Notes under the pieces: model-generated
What the model saw: the letters and a program-made list of their open reading frames with translations, nothing else
Database searches by the model: none
What the model was told of the DNA's origin: nothing
Program-made: the position numbers and the translations under genes
Source: Selaginella moellendorffii
Taxonomy: Eukaryota; Plantae; Lycopodiophyta
Assembly: GCF_000143415.4 (NCBI RefSeq)
Contig: NW_003314262.1
Coordinates: 658,078-722,077 of the forward strand
DNA: 64,000 nucleotides
Direction: 5' to 3'
Shown: in pieces, positions 11,351 to 23,358 of the stretch
Position numbering within the stretch: the first letter of the stretch is position 1
How the letters are laid out: every line of letters begins with the position of its first letter

Positions 11351-11515
11351 AGAATCAACCGATCAATCAGAGATCAAAGAGAACCAATCTATGAAAGAGA
11401 TCAAAGATATCCACAGCGGGCTATACAGAGCTTTCTTGTTTGCCCGAAGATCATCCAGCTCCATTTTAAAGATCTAGCAAAGCGCCACCTAAGGTAGCCA
11501 GGTGTCACCATAGAG

Positions 11516-14113
11516 TTAATGGGCCATGGTCACAATATCGTGAACTAGGATGTACGGAGAGGACTTGGATGGGACCAGCTTAGTTGCTTCTTGGGCTGCC
11601 CATTTCCCTCTGGCAGCGTCTGGATGAATCCGGCACGCGCTTAACATACTTATCCAAGCAACTTGGCTTGGTGTTACAGGCATTGTGTGTATAAGCTCTT
11701 CTGCTTCGCTCAGCCATCCTAAACGCCCAAGAACATCCACAATGCATCCATAGTGCTCCTCTCGACCAACACTCCTTCCGTCCAGCTCTTGAAGCATCCA
11801 CACGAAGTATAACCTTGCTTGGTCGACCAGACCGACATGGCTGCACAGAGTGAGGATGACTGTGAAGCTGATGCTATCTGGTTGGATCCCATCCAAGTGC
11901 ATTTCGTTCCACAGCTCCATGGCTTTGCTCGCACCGTTTTTGTGCCGGGAGGCTGCGAATCCCAGCTGAGCGTGAGCCGTGATCATCGCATTCCAAGACA
12001 CCACGTCCCTGTACTGCATGTTATGGAAAAACTCCTCGGCAACTTGGAGCTTACCGCACTTCACGTACAAGTTGAGCACGGCATTCTCCACTGGCCGGTC
12101 TCTCTCCAGCCCGCTGGAAACAATCCTTCGGTGGATCATCTCGCCCTTCTCGAGCGTCTGCAAGTTTGCACACGCCGTGATGCTGCTCGCGAACACGAAT
12201 GCATCGGCTCGAACTCTGCCTTCGCGTTGCATGTCGAGGTAGAAACTCAGAGCTCTTGGGTCCTGGCCGTCTCGAACGAGTGCTGCGATCATGATATTCC
12301 ATGTCACAACATTTCTTCGACCGGCCACCTTGTCAAACACCCTCTCGGCCTCCTCCAGATCGCCGAAACTCGCATACATCTCCAACAGAGCGTTGGTCAC
12401 CTCGATAGAAGCCGAGAGCTCCCGATCCAGAACTACGTGACTGTGTAATCTTCTGCCGGTCCGTTCATCGCCGGTTGCCGAACAGGCAGCCAGAACGCTT
12501 GCCAGGCAAATCTCATCAGCTCGGACTCCTTCCAGGTTCATCTTTGTATACAGCTCCAATGCATCGTGACCGCAGCCATGACGAACGTAGGCATCGATCA
12601 TCGCTGTCCAGGCCACCAGATCCTTTCTATGATCCACCATCTTGTCAAAAACTTCCACTGCCTCGTCCAAACTCCCACAGTTCGCATACATCTCAACCAA
12701 GGCAGTCGATGCGACGCTTGAGGATCCTCCTCCACCGTGCTCGATCCGTGCATGGAGTGCTCTTCCCACTGATAGCTTCTTGAGAAGCGAGCAGGCCGCG
12801 AGAACACTCGTCAGTGTCGAGATCTCAACCGGCTTCACCCCTTCCAGATCCATTTCCCAGAATGCTGTGAGTGCCTCCACTGGAAAGCAGTGCTGGGAAC
12901 AGGCCGAGATAAATCCGTTCCAGTCCTTCTCTGTGTCTGGTGAATCCATGAAAACTCTCTTGGCATCTTCCACACTTCCACACCTCGCATACATGTTGAC
13001 GAGAGCATTCTGGACGACAACACTTCCTTCCGGTTCCGGCCTGATCGTCAGAACCCGTTCGTGGACTGATCTGCCTTGTTGCAAGTCGGAGGAGGAGACC
13101 GCGGCACTAGAGAGCGTGAACATGTCGGGCTCCAAGCCTTCCACTTCCATCTCCCTGTACAGATTTAACGCTTCCTCGTTACAGCCAAGCCCGGCATTTG
13201 CAGCTATCATAATGTTCCAGGCAACCACGTCCTTGTCCTTGATTTTCCGGAACTTCCTCCATGCCTCTCCCAAGTTGCCACACTTGGCATACATGTTGAT
13301 CAGCGCGTTCTGTAAAGCAGCACCGCCGGAGGCCTCAAATCCCAGGCTGGTGGTTCTCTCATCGATCGCCTTCCCCTGCTCGATGAGCGCGAGACTCGAG
13401 CACGCTGCTAGTCCGGCTCCGAAAGTGAAAACGTCCGGCTCCATGCCTTCCAAGTCGATCGTCCAGAAAATCTCGAGAGCTTGCCTGTCATGTCCATGCT
13501 GGGCATTTGCCGCAATCATCGTGTTCCAGGAGACGATGTTTGGCTGGGACATCTCCCGGAACAAACGAGCAGCGTCCTCCAAGCTGCCACTTTTCGTGTA
13601 CATGTTTAGCAGCGAGTTCTGCAAGACAAGGTGAGTGCTTAGTCCGATGTCAACAAGCCGCTTGTGGAGACGCTTACCCAGCTCTAAGCATCCCAGTATG
13701 GAGCAAGCTCCCAGCACGCTGGAGAAGACGAAGCTATCGGCCCCGACTCCTTCCAGTTCCATCTTCCAAAACACTCGAAGAGCTTCTCTCCCATTTCCGT
13801 TGTCGACGTAAGCTGCGATGAGAAGCGTCCAGCTGAAAACGTTCGGCCGAGGAATCCTGTCAAAGGCAGCCCGAGCATCCTCCAAGCACCCCCATCTTCC
13901 ATACATCTGAACGATAAGATTTCCCAGGAATGTCTCTCGGTCCCGCCCAGTCCCGGACAGCTGAGAGTGAAGCCGCCTCCCATCTTCCACAGACCTTGAG
14001 ATTCCATACTGCCGTAAAAGAGCTGCAAACTCTGTCGAATCGACATCGTCAACTTCTCTGAAAGACCATGGCCGTGTTGAAACTTTCGTCGTCGCGGGAG
14101 GAGAGACGATCAT
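11516..14113 (-). CDS. PLS-class PPR protein with C-terminal E domain, no DYW (putative organellar RNA-editing specificity factor)
   Basis: 865-aa intronless ORF with repeated P-L-S triplets (NALINMYAKCG, VVSWNAMI, MDLEG) ending EHYGCIVDVLGRLG...AWISMLSACRIH. Confidence 0.95.
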   Translation of the reverse strand: MIVSPPATTKVSTRPWSFREVDDVDSTEFAALLRQYGISRSVEDGRRLHSQLSGTGRDRETFLGNLIVQMYGRWGCLEDARAAFDRIPRPNVFSWTLLIAAYVDNGNGREALRVFWKMELEGVGADSFVFSSVLGACSILGCLELGKRLHKRLVDIGLSTHLVLQNSLLNMYTKSGSLEDAARLFREMSQPNIVSWNTMIAANAQHGHDRQALEIFWTIDLEGMEPDVFTFGAGLAACSSLALIEQGKAIDERTTSLGFEASGGAALQNALINMYAKCGNLGEAWRKFRKIKDKDVVAWNIMIAANAGLGCNEEALNLYREMEVEGLEPDMFTLSSAAVSSSDLQQGRSVHERVLTIRPEPEGSVVVQNALVNMYARCGSVEDAKRVFMDSPDTEKDWNGFISACSQHCFPVEALTAFWEMDLEGVKPVEISTLTSVLAACSLLKKLSVGRALHARIEHGGGGSSSVASTALVEMYANCGSLDEAVEVFDKMVDHRKDLVAWTAMIDAYVRHGCGHDALELYTKMNLEGVRADEICLASVLAACSATGDERTGRRLHSHVVLDRELSASIEVTNALLEMYASFGDLEEAERVFDKVAGRRNVVTWNIMIAALVRDGQDPRALSFYLDMQREGRVRADAFVFASSITACANLQTLEKGEMIHRRIVSSGLERDRPVENAVLNLYVKCGKLQVAEEFFHNMQYRDVVSWNAMITAHAQLGFAASRHKNGASKAMELWNEMHLDGIQPDSISFTVILTLCSHVGLVDQARLYFVWMLQELDGRSVGREEHYGCIVDVLGRLGWLSEAEELIHTMPVTPSQVAWISMLSACRIHPDAARGKWAAQEATKLVPSKSSPYILVHDIVTMAH

Positions 14114-14197
14114 CCTTTTGATGACGATAGATAGATTATTACCATCACCCAGCCATCAACAAGCCGGCGTTTTTTCTTTCCTTGAGCTTGCAAGATC

Positions 14198-15010
14198 CTA
14201 GGAAACTTTGTGGCGCATTTCCTGGATCATCTTGTCGCTTGACTGCTTGGCGAACAGGCGCTGCTTGAATCGGACGTAAGGATAAGTTGCCAGCGACAAA
14301 AAATGCGCCGGCTTTGAGAAGGAGAAGATCTCGTACCAGATGCTGTCATCTTCCTTGTTCCATTCCACAGAAAATCGCTCTTCACCAGCCTATAAACCAC
14401 TCGATCGATTGATCATCCATTGTTGCAAAAGGAAAGAAGAAAAGAAGAGTTTTTTTTGCTGACTTACCAGGAGATGGCCCTGCAAGGTCCCACTTCCAAA
14501 GGCGTAGACGATTTTGTTGTTCTTCCTGGCTTGCTCTCGATCGTCGCGAATGTAGCGAAGACGTAGTGGATTCACGATCCAGAAAAGCCCTTCCTTGCTA
14601 CACACATTGAATCCCTGGCCACGCTCGATCGGCGTCTCCCGCGGAACGAATGCCCAGCCCAGCTGAAAATGCCTGCGCAGCCAAGCATTTCTTCACGCCA
14701 TCGCAAATCACTCCACAGAAAACCTACCGCCAATCTTGGAGCAAATTCTTGGCCCTGATGAACGCCTCCTCTTGGCCGTGGCCGATCTTCACCCTGGAAT
14801 GGTTGATCGCAAACCCTTGGCGCTCGATCGATTGGAGGCGCTCGTCCGTCCACGCCGCCTCGCTGCAGCAGTCCTCTGCTGTGTAGTTGAAATCTAAATC
14901 CCTAAAGAACAAGGAACACGATAAGGAACATGGATCGATGCCGCAAAATCTTGCCTGTGATCCTTGGCCTGCGATGGCGGCTTGCTCCATCCCCAGCCCA
15001 GGAGCACCAT
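14198..15010 (-). CDS. DUF1990 (UPF0548) family protein, 4 exons
   Basis: Spliced product MVLLGWGW...DFNY...HSRVKIGHG...WRHFQLGWAFV...WIVNPL...FGSGTLQGHLLAGEERFSVEW...WYEIFSFSKP; first intron is GC-AG. Confidence 0.88.
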
Positions 15011-15233
15011 ATCTAAAACTAGGGCAAGAGAGGGATTGCATTGCATTCAAAGAAATTTTGTTTGCCCGCATAGCTCCATGGCTTTGAGAGAAGCGGACGG
15101 TCCTATGAATGGTGTTCGGGGGAGAAGATTTTCTCTACATGGGAGAGCAAAACTAAAACCAAACGAAGGCTTTTCCCTTGCCCGACGCTCCGATCGATGC
15201 CGGGATCGATCAATGTGTGTGAAACTCCTAGGC

Positions 15234-16007
15234 CTACTTCCTCTTGATCTTCTTCTTCTTGTTAGCGCTGCCACTGCCGCCGCCGCCGCTCTTCTTGTTC
15301 TTGTTCTTCAGCATGAGCACCGAGTCCTGGAACTTGGAGGGCAAAAGGGTCGCCCTCTTGCGCTTGGGCCGGCCAATTCGCTCCTCCTCGTCGCTACTGC
15401 TGCCGCCGATCGAAGAGGGCTTGCTCGGAAAACCATCGCTGGGCCGGGAAGGAGACGATACTGGCCCCCGCCTCCTCTGGAAGATCGAAAATCCCAGGCT
15501 CTGGACGAAGACCCTTCTCCCGGGGGGACGACAGGCGCTGGCCGCGGAGTCGTGGATTTGTGACTGGATGACAGCGCAATGAGCCAGCACGTCCAGAGCG
15601 AGCAAGCTCTCCACGGCAATTGCTTCCGCGGTGACGCTGGAATCGGCTTGATCCTCGTGCTCCTCATGCTCGATCAGCGGCGTCGGATCTGTGGATTTCT
15701 TCGACCAATTCTCCCCCGACTGCGTAGCGCTGCCGCTGAAATATCCCCCGGCGTGCCCGATGGAAGGCGATGGAGCAGCATTATGGCTTGATGCCGTTCT
15801 CCTCTTGTTCTTGCCGATGCTGCACACTCCAGGATCGGGGAGGCGCTGGTGAGCCACCGATCCATTCCACGCTACCTCGGCGCCTGCCTGGGGCTTCATC
15901 GTCCTGTGCCGAGCGACGGCGATGCTGCCTCGCAATGGCCCTTGCTGGATCATGACCTCGTTCCAAGACGGCGAGGGGCAAGAGCTTCGAAATCTCTTGT
16001 GCTGCAT
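15234..16007 (-). CDS. Orphan low-complexity, probably nuclear protein
   Basis: Open about 257 codons from first ATG; C-terminal RPKRKRATLLPSKFQDSVL motif and Lys-rich NLS-like tail; 5' end and splicing uncertain. Confidence 0.5.
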   Translation of the reverse strand: MQHKRFRSSCPSPSWNEVMIQQGPLRGSIAVARHRTMKPQAGAEVAWNGSVAHQRLPDPGVCSIGKNKRRTASSHNAAPSPSIGHAGGYFSGSATQSGENWSKKSTDPTPLIEHEEHEDQADSSVTAEAIAVESLLALDVLAHCAVIQSQIHDSAASACRPPGRRVFVQSLGFSIFQRRRGPVSSPSRPSDGFPSKPSSIGGSSSDEEERIGRPKRKRATLLPSKFQDSVLMLKNKNKKSGGGGSGSANKKKKIKRK

Positions 16008-16770
16008 TGAATTGGCTCTGCGGTGGAGAGATGGAGCTCCTGGTTGCTCGCTTCTGCCCGAAATCCTCAATCTAGTCTAGAAGGAAGCGCTGCGCTAGAG
16101 ACTCCTAAAACAAGACGATCGCTCGGCTCTGGGGAATTGCATGGCGAGGATCTTGGACGCCGGCGAGGTGAAGAGAGGAGAGAGGAGGAAGAAGATCCAT
16201 GGCGGTTGCCCTGCTTGCCCTGGACAAAGGAGAAATGGAAGGAAGAGAATCGGGTAGAACGCCTCGCCTCGCCTTGTGCACAAAGTGTTTGTTGGGACAG
16301 GGTTCGAACCCTGGCCTTCTTGGATTGCCACGCGGCAGTCGCCAAGTGGCCCTTGGGCTTAATGCGGCTGTGGCCGGATGGGCCAAGGGAAAATGGGGGC
16401 GTCAAAGAGAAGGCATACAACAAACACATCGGCAGCAAATATTACTCTATCCCCGGGGTAGAAGATCCATCCGCGGCGAGGAAATAGGGCTTGCGCGATC
16501 GATCCATGGCTGCGCGGAGGCGATGAAGATTACAGGTATGCCGCGGTTGCTGCCGTCTTGCCAGCATTGTGTACTCGATCGCTGCGCCGCGAATGCGGTG
16601 AAATGCCGCGCGGTGTCCGAGGCGGAGGAGGAGGAGGAAGAGGAGGAGGAGGAAGGACGAGAGGAGGATCAAAGAGAGGAATCCAAATGAGAGCTGGGCA
16701 ATCGGGATCAGCATAGCAGGCCAGATTCCTAGTTAGTGTGTTCGTGTGATTAGGGCGACGGCCGTAGCTA

Positions 16771-19700
16771 ATGGGGACAGGGCAGGGTAGCGATGCCGGC
16801 TTCGGGACAGATTACTTGACGAGGCAGCTCATCGCTCCGGCTGCTCCATCCGGATGCGCAACATTTCATCATCAATCCGTGAACAGGAATGGGTTTCGCG
16901 ATCTCGATCGAGATGTTGGAGGCGGTGTCGAGCAGCAGCAGCAGCAGCAGGCTATCAGGTTGGCATCGTTCTGGCGACCTCCAGCGGCAATCAAGCCCAA
17001 TCCCATACACAATCCCAGCCCCATCAAGCAGCCCACATTGGCAGCAGCGCAATTCCAAGCGCCCGGCAGCTGCGACGACAAGAAGCCATTGATGCAGCTG
17101 GGCAAGAGTCGCAATGGGATCAAGCGAGTGCACGCCTCGTGCATCAATCACGGCCAAGCTGATCGATGCATTGGCGAGAGGATTGCTTTGCCTGTTACTC
17201 CGCCACCGCCACCACCTCCCCCAGCGGCTTCTTCTCTCGATTCCAAGCCTCCAGTCGGACTACTACACGTTGGTGGGTTTCATCGAGGGTGGAACAGTAG
17301 TGATGTTACGAGCACCCACATAAAGGTGGAGGCCGATCCTTTAGCATCCAGCAAGAATTTGGGTGGGAAGAAGGATGCTGGACCGAGTCTTCCAGTTCCA
17401 GGCAAACTCTCTCTCAAGCGCTGCAAGCCCACCACTTCAGACGAAGTTTCAAAAAGACTGAAGAAGCCGAAGGTTGAAGCTTTTGGGCAGGACAAGCTCG
17501 AGTTCAAGAGAAGCTTGGCGCTTGTGATCAAAGCTCTCAACGCTCTATCTTGTTCTTCATTTGACGAGGACGACGAGGGTGTCTTTGCAAAGACCCAGGT
17601 GCATGACTTGGTACCACCAGAGGAGAGCTCCATCCAACATGGTAGCTGCCGAACCAGACGCTCTGTCGATGCAGGTACGCCATCGCATTGCGGCAATTTG
17701 ATCTGACGAGTGCATATCGTGACGCAGATTGTTCAGAAAGTAGCAACATCTCGTTCTCGAATGAAACCACTGGCCATCCGAGCAAGGACGAGGAGGTCGC
17801 TCCCCTTATACGCTCCAAACGGGGAAGGTCGCAGGCCTTGCCGACGAGATTACGTGACTCGGTGCTTGCTCCGTTGAAGAAACGTTCCACTCGAGGCTCC
17901 AAGCGCGAGATTGAAGAAAAAGCTCGTCCTGCTGAAGAAGCCCAACAAGCTGGGAGAAAGCACGATGCAAACTCTGTTACATCCAGGAGTGATGGCATCC
18001 ATGAATCCCCGACATTGACATCAGTTGAAGTGCTGAGAAGAAAGGCGGAAGTGCGGTTTTCTCCCGCCGAAGTGGAGGTTACCTCTGTCATATCGTCGCA
18101 AAAGCTTTCCACGGTCACGGATGCGGAAACAATCTCAGAGTGCGATGGAAAAGCCGCTTTCATCACCTGTGGCTCACACTCCCTTGAAGAGTTTGACATT
18201 GGAGACATTGTTTGGGCGAAATCTGGGAAGAAGAAGGACCCTGTTTGGCCAGCAAAGGTAGTTGATCCTATCAAGGAGGTACCGGAGTCCGTTCGAAGGA
18301 AATGCGTCCCAAATCGGCTCTGCGTTATGTTCTACGGCGAATCTTTAGCGAGAGGAGTGAAACGACGGGTAAGCTGTTTCTACTTATTACTTGTTTGTAC
18401 TAACTTCGATGCTTTAGGACTATGCATGGGTAAGAAAGGGCATGATATTTCCCTTCGTGGATTATTTGGAAAGGTAAGAATGTGAGTCCACAATTTAGAT
18501 GTGACGGACTTGTTTCTCAGGTTCCAGAGCCAAACATCATTTAACAAGAGTCAGCCCGGTGATTTTTGGTCTGCCATTGAAGAAGCAACTCTGGCCGAAG
18601 CTGGTTTCGAAGAATGTGAAGATGTTTGCAAAAAACCCTCTCACAGCGAAGATGAGAGCAAATGCGAAGATGCTAAGCAAAGGGTATGCAAACTTCTGAA
18701 AGTAAACATGCATAGCTCTAACGGAACATTGTGCAGATAAATATTTGTGTCGGTTGTGGAGCTGCTTTGTTCGGAAGGATAAAATTGAACCCGGTCCCTG
18801 AAGAGCTATTGTGCAGACATTGTAAAAAGGTCTGTGTATTTATCTTTGTCTTGACTTTCTTGGTCTTGACTTCTCGACGTCAGCTTTACAAATCAAGGCA
18901 GTACTGTGGAATTTGCAAGAAGGTTTGGCATCCAAATGACAAAGGCGACTGGGTAAAGCGTTCTTCTTTTCTTTTTTCTTTTCTTTCTTTTTTCTAGTTT
19001 GCTGAATGCGAAACTTTTGTAGGCTGCATGCGACAATTGTGAAATCTGGGTACATGCTGAATGTGACAATATCAGCAGCAAGCAGCTGAAGGTTGTATTG
19101 AAACTCTCTTGACTGTCACATTAAAATTTCTAACAGTAACTAAACAAACAGGAGCTGAAACGCTGTACTTACTACTGTCCCGACTGCAGAAACACGCAGA
19201 ACATTTCGAAGAAGCGAGGGGCCGAGTAAGCTATACTCATCTGCATATCTCTTACATATTTAACTTGTACCCTGTAGCTCAAACGGGAACAATGGCTCAA
19301 CATACGTTCTTCCACGCAAGCTACTTGTGACATGTTCAGGGTGCGAAGCAGAATATTTGCCAAAGCATCACCGGTAAGCTATTGTCTTCCTCTTCCTGTC
19401 TTCCACTGACTGGACGATAACATTTTACAGAATCCTTTGCAAGTGCGAACGATGTGGTGACGGAAAGCATATGCTACCTTCAGAATGGGAACAACACACT
19501 GGATCTAAGAAGAGAAGGTGGAAGGAGACTATCGTGGTCAAAAATCTGAACCAGACTCTTCTCTCCTGGGTATGTCCCGTGCATATGTTTTGCATCGAAC
19601 TAATCCTGCTCATCCTGTAGCTACGACTTATGCTGGAGGGCGGCGCTATCGGCCTTGCTTACGATGGTCCTGAACTTTGCACGCCAAACAGCTATCGTGT

Positions 19701-21766
19701 GAAGGAACTTTTGACATGTTTGGAAGGTAAGAACTTATTTTGGCAAATAAACAGAATGACCAAGCATTAGTTTTAGCGGCATACAAACCGGTTGTTCCTA
19801 TCTGGACACCTGAAAGGTGTGCTGTTTGCCGATGGATTGAAGACTACGATGTGAACAAGATTATTATTTGCAACAGGTATTTATTTTCTGCTTAAAGATA
19901 AACTTGAGCCAGTCGCTATGTAGGTGCCAATTGGCTGTTCATGAAGAGTGCTATGGGGTCAAAGCTTCAGAAATAAGTGGTTCATGGGTTTGTCGAGGTT
20001 GCGAGACGCCTGATGCTGTGCGCGATTGCTGCCTTTGTCCCGTGAAAGGTAATCCGTCTTCCTGTTAAGTTTGTGTAAGATGCATCACTTGCTTATTACA
20101 GGTGGAGCACTCAAGCCTACCACTATCAAAGGTCTTTGGGTGCATATTACGTGTGCTTGGTTTATTCATGAGGTGACGTTCAAGGATGAAGTAGCAATGG
20201 AGCCAGCCGCAGGCATTACCCGAATCGATCTAATGCGTTTCCGCGAGGTTTGTGCCGAAAGCCCTTACTTCCACCTTTGTCCTAATTTTTACTTCTTTCT
20301 CGGTGAAGGCCTGTGCAGTTTGCAAGCAAATTCATGGGGTCTGTATACAGTGCAACAAATGTAAAACCCTGTATCATCCAATGTGTGCTTTGAGAGCCGG
20401 ATATCACATGGAGGTAAGCTCTTCAGCTTTCAGTTCTATCCTATACACGATGATGTTTCAGGTTCAAATTTCCTATAAGAAAAATGGTTCTTTTGAGACA
20501 AGAATGATAACTTATTGCGCCACGCACAAGTATTGTCTTGTTATTTATTTCTGTTCAGAGCTAAAAGAAATGTTGCAGGGCGCCAAAGCCAGATTCATAC
20601 ATACAATATACTACAGACAAGGGTGTTTCACTGGGAAAGAAAGAACGGTTCAGTAATGGTCAATCTTCCAAATCTTCGAGTACATTCAACTCCTTTCCTA
20701 AGAAGCTGTGCGATGATCTAGAAAAAGAGTTTCAAAATTTTCGGCGATCTAAAAACCCAGCTGCAAGGTGTCAAGTTTATGGTCAGAACATGTATTACAA
20801 GGTGCTTTTGTTTGGCTTTGTATTTCAGTTTATGAATTTTTCGTGCGTTTCTTGCAGAGAAGCAACAGAAGTCCGATAGCTTACAGGGTGATGGGATACA
20901 GTCATCACTCTACGGAAAGCATAGATGCCCTTCGGGTACGAAGTTCATGTATGATTCGTGCTAATTGTTGTTCATGGCAGGATTTTCCGGAACTCGAACA
21001 TGAGGACCTTGTTGATATGAAGACGAGGTTGTCGTTTTTGGAGGCAAGTGGCATTACATGATTGTTATCATCATTTTCTTTGTTCTGTTTCTCTTGTCCA
21101 GAAAACTGAAAAGTCTCGAGTCTGCTTCGGGAAGTCGGGTATTCACGGTTGGGGATTGTTTGCGCGCAGGACCATCGAAGAGGGAGAAATCGTAAGATAA
21201 CGTTGTTTCTCCTAGGTGCTTGGAGTCTAATTTCCTTGACGCAGGTTGTTGAGTACCGAGGCGAGCAAGTGAGAAGAAGTGTCGCCGATTTGAGAGAAAA
21301 GCGATACCGTGACCAAGGAAAAGATTGCTACGTAAGGATTATCATTTTTCTTACCATGTTGGTAACGTATCAAACCGTCTTGCAGTTGTTCAAGATAAGT
21401 GAGGAGATTGTAATCGATGCCACTGAGAAAGGGAACATAGGTCGGCTCATCAACCACTCGGTGTGTTGATTTTAAAAACATCCTGCTTCTTTATGCTGAT
21501 TTTTAGATATGGTTTCTTTGCAGTGCTCACCCAGTTGCTATGCACGAATTTTATGCGTTGATGGTGAGGAAAGCCGCATCGTTCTCATTGCGAAGCGAAA
21601 TGTGGCTGCGGGCGAGGAGCTTACGTAAGTTGCATATCGTTTGTTCATGGTTTAGTCATTTGTTGCTTTCCTTTATCGTTACAGATACGACTATCAGTTT
21701 GAGGAGGAAGACAAGAAGGTTCCTTGCTTGTGCGGATCCGACTCGTGCCGGCAATACATGAACTAG
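16771..21766 (+). CDS. ATX3: Trithorax-like histone H3K4 methyltransferase (ATX3/ATX4/ATX5 clade): PWWP, PHD fingers, SET, post-SET
   Basis: [18 protein letters not shown] (PWWP), [73 protein letters not shown]; true start uncertain. Confidence 0.93.
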
Positions 21767-21896
21767 CGGCACAACTTGATTTTTACATAAACGAGAGGAG
21801 GATCAAGGCAGCGCTGTACATTATCCCCGGAGGTGAGAACATATATATATAGATATATACACTAAACTGGAAACTGGAAGCAAGAGAGCAGTCCTT

Positions 21897-22914
21897 TTAG
21901 AACGCAAAGAAGATCCAACCCATCCCCCAGCCGAGCATGAATCCAGCACCAGCAAGCCCCAGGCCCAACGCAAACGCCACAGTGCAGCGCAGCAGCAGCT
22001 CTTCCGGACGAGTAGCACCACCACCTCGTTCCAGCTTCGTCTTCTTGTGGTAGTGGTGGTGCTGGTGGTGATTCCATCGCTTGGAAGAAGTCTGGAGCTG
22101 CGGGCAGTGGTGGTGAAAGTGGTGGCCGAGTGACTTTGAAGGAAAAGCAGCGTGACACATCCGAAGGCACAGATTCTCGGCTTGCAGCGATACGAGCCAC
22201 TGCCTGTAGGCCAGCGACATGGATGCCTCGCGGAAGAACAGATGCATCAGCTCGTCCTTCTCTCGAAACGCACGCACCGCCAGCTTCTCCGCTTCTCGTG
22301 CCCGTGTCTGGGAGCGGCACAGCGCCTCGCCAAGCAAATCATGCGCTCGGGGCCCGGTCGAAGATCGAGGACTGTTACTACTGCTGCAAGACCTGCCAAG
22401 ACAAAAAGAAAAACAATTGATAACGCTCAAAACAAAAGGAAAGATTTCCAACTTACGTTGGTTTGATGCTACTGTGCGCTTCCGGAGACGGCGGGGGAAG
22501 ATCGCAGTTGGCGATGTTGCCAGATCTTTGCGAGACGATGGCCGCGAGTTCATGGCTTCCGGCGGTTCGCCAAGACACTGGTAGTGACGACGACGAGGTT
22601 GTCACGGTTGTGGAGTCGAGGGAGGATTTTAGATGAGCGGTTTCTTCGCCGGATTCAACTCGGTGCTGGCCAAAGTAGCTCCCCTTTGTGACGTAGATCC
22701 GCTGCCTGTGCCGCTCCTGATCGATGAGCTCTGCGTACTGCGAGTGATCCGGCCACAGGAGGAACTCATCCTCCTCTTTCATCAAACTCTGGAGTTTTTG
22801 CTGCTGCCGCGTGGAAGGCTTGCTTGACTTGTGCTTGGTCGTGGCCCACTGCCAATCGGCAGCCATGGCGGAGTCAAGGCATCCAGATCTCGCAAAGCCC
22901 CTGCAGCATTCCAT
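21897..22914 (-). CDS. Plant conserved protein with C-terminal transmembrane anchor, 2 exons
   Basis: WRTA..ELAAIVSQRS..IANCDLPPP, ALCRSQTRAREAE, FFREAS..LAYRQW, hydrophobic tail AFALGLGLAGAGFMLGWGMGW. Confidence 0.8.
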
Positions 22915-23358
22915 TTCACCATCTCTATCTAGATCGAAAGAGGAGAAGAAACTCACTTTTGATCGATTGAGAAAGGAGGAATGCGTTGGTTGGATTCCCT
23001 TACGTGTAGAAGAACGCTTGCTGCTGATCTCTCATAGCGCTGCCGCCGCGATCAGCCCTGGGCTGATCGAGGGATCGCGATCGCCCTAATCTCCGTCCGC
23101 GTCACATTGGCGCCAAACCTGGCCTGTAATCCTCGGTCATCCGCCACGCAACGCCGCGATCTCCTCTCCTCTTCCACGGGCGCGCGAGGATGCTGTGGGG
23201 CGGCACGAGATCGCTGCTCCAAATTACCGTTCCGTGCAAGCATGCGCTCGACACGTCACGAGACTAGAGAAATAAAGGACAAAACAGGTAAAGGTAAAAT
23301 ATTCCTCGATTTTTTGGAGGATCGTAGAATATTCTGGTCAACCCAGTTCGAGAAGATT

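Noticed and set aside
12642-13634. 330-aa plus-strand ORF
   Set aside because: Antisense shadow of the PPR coding sequence.
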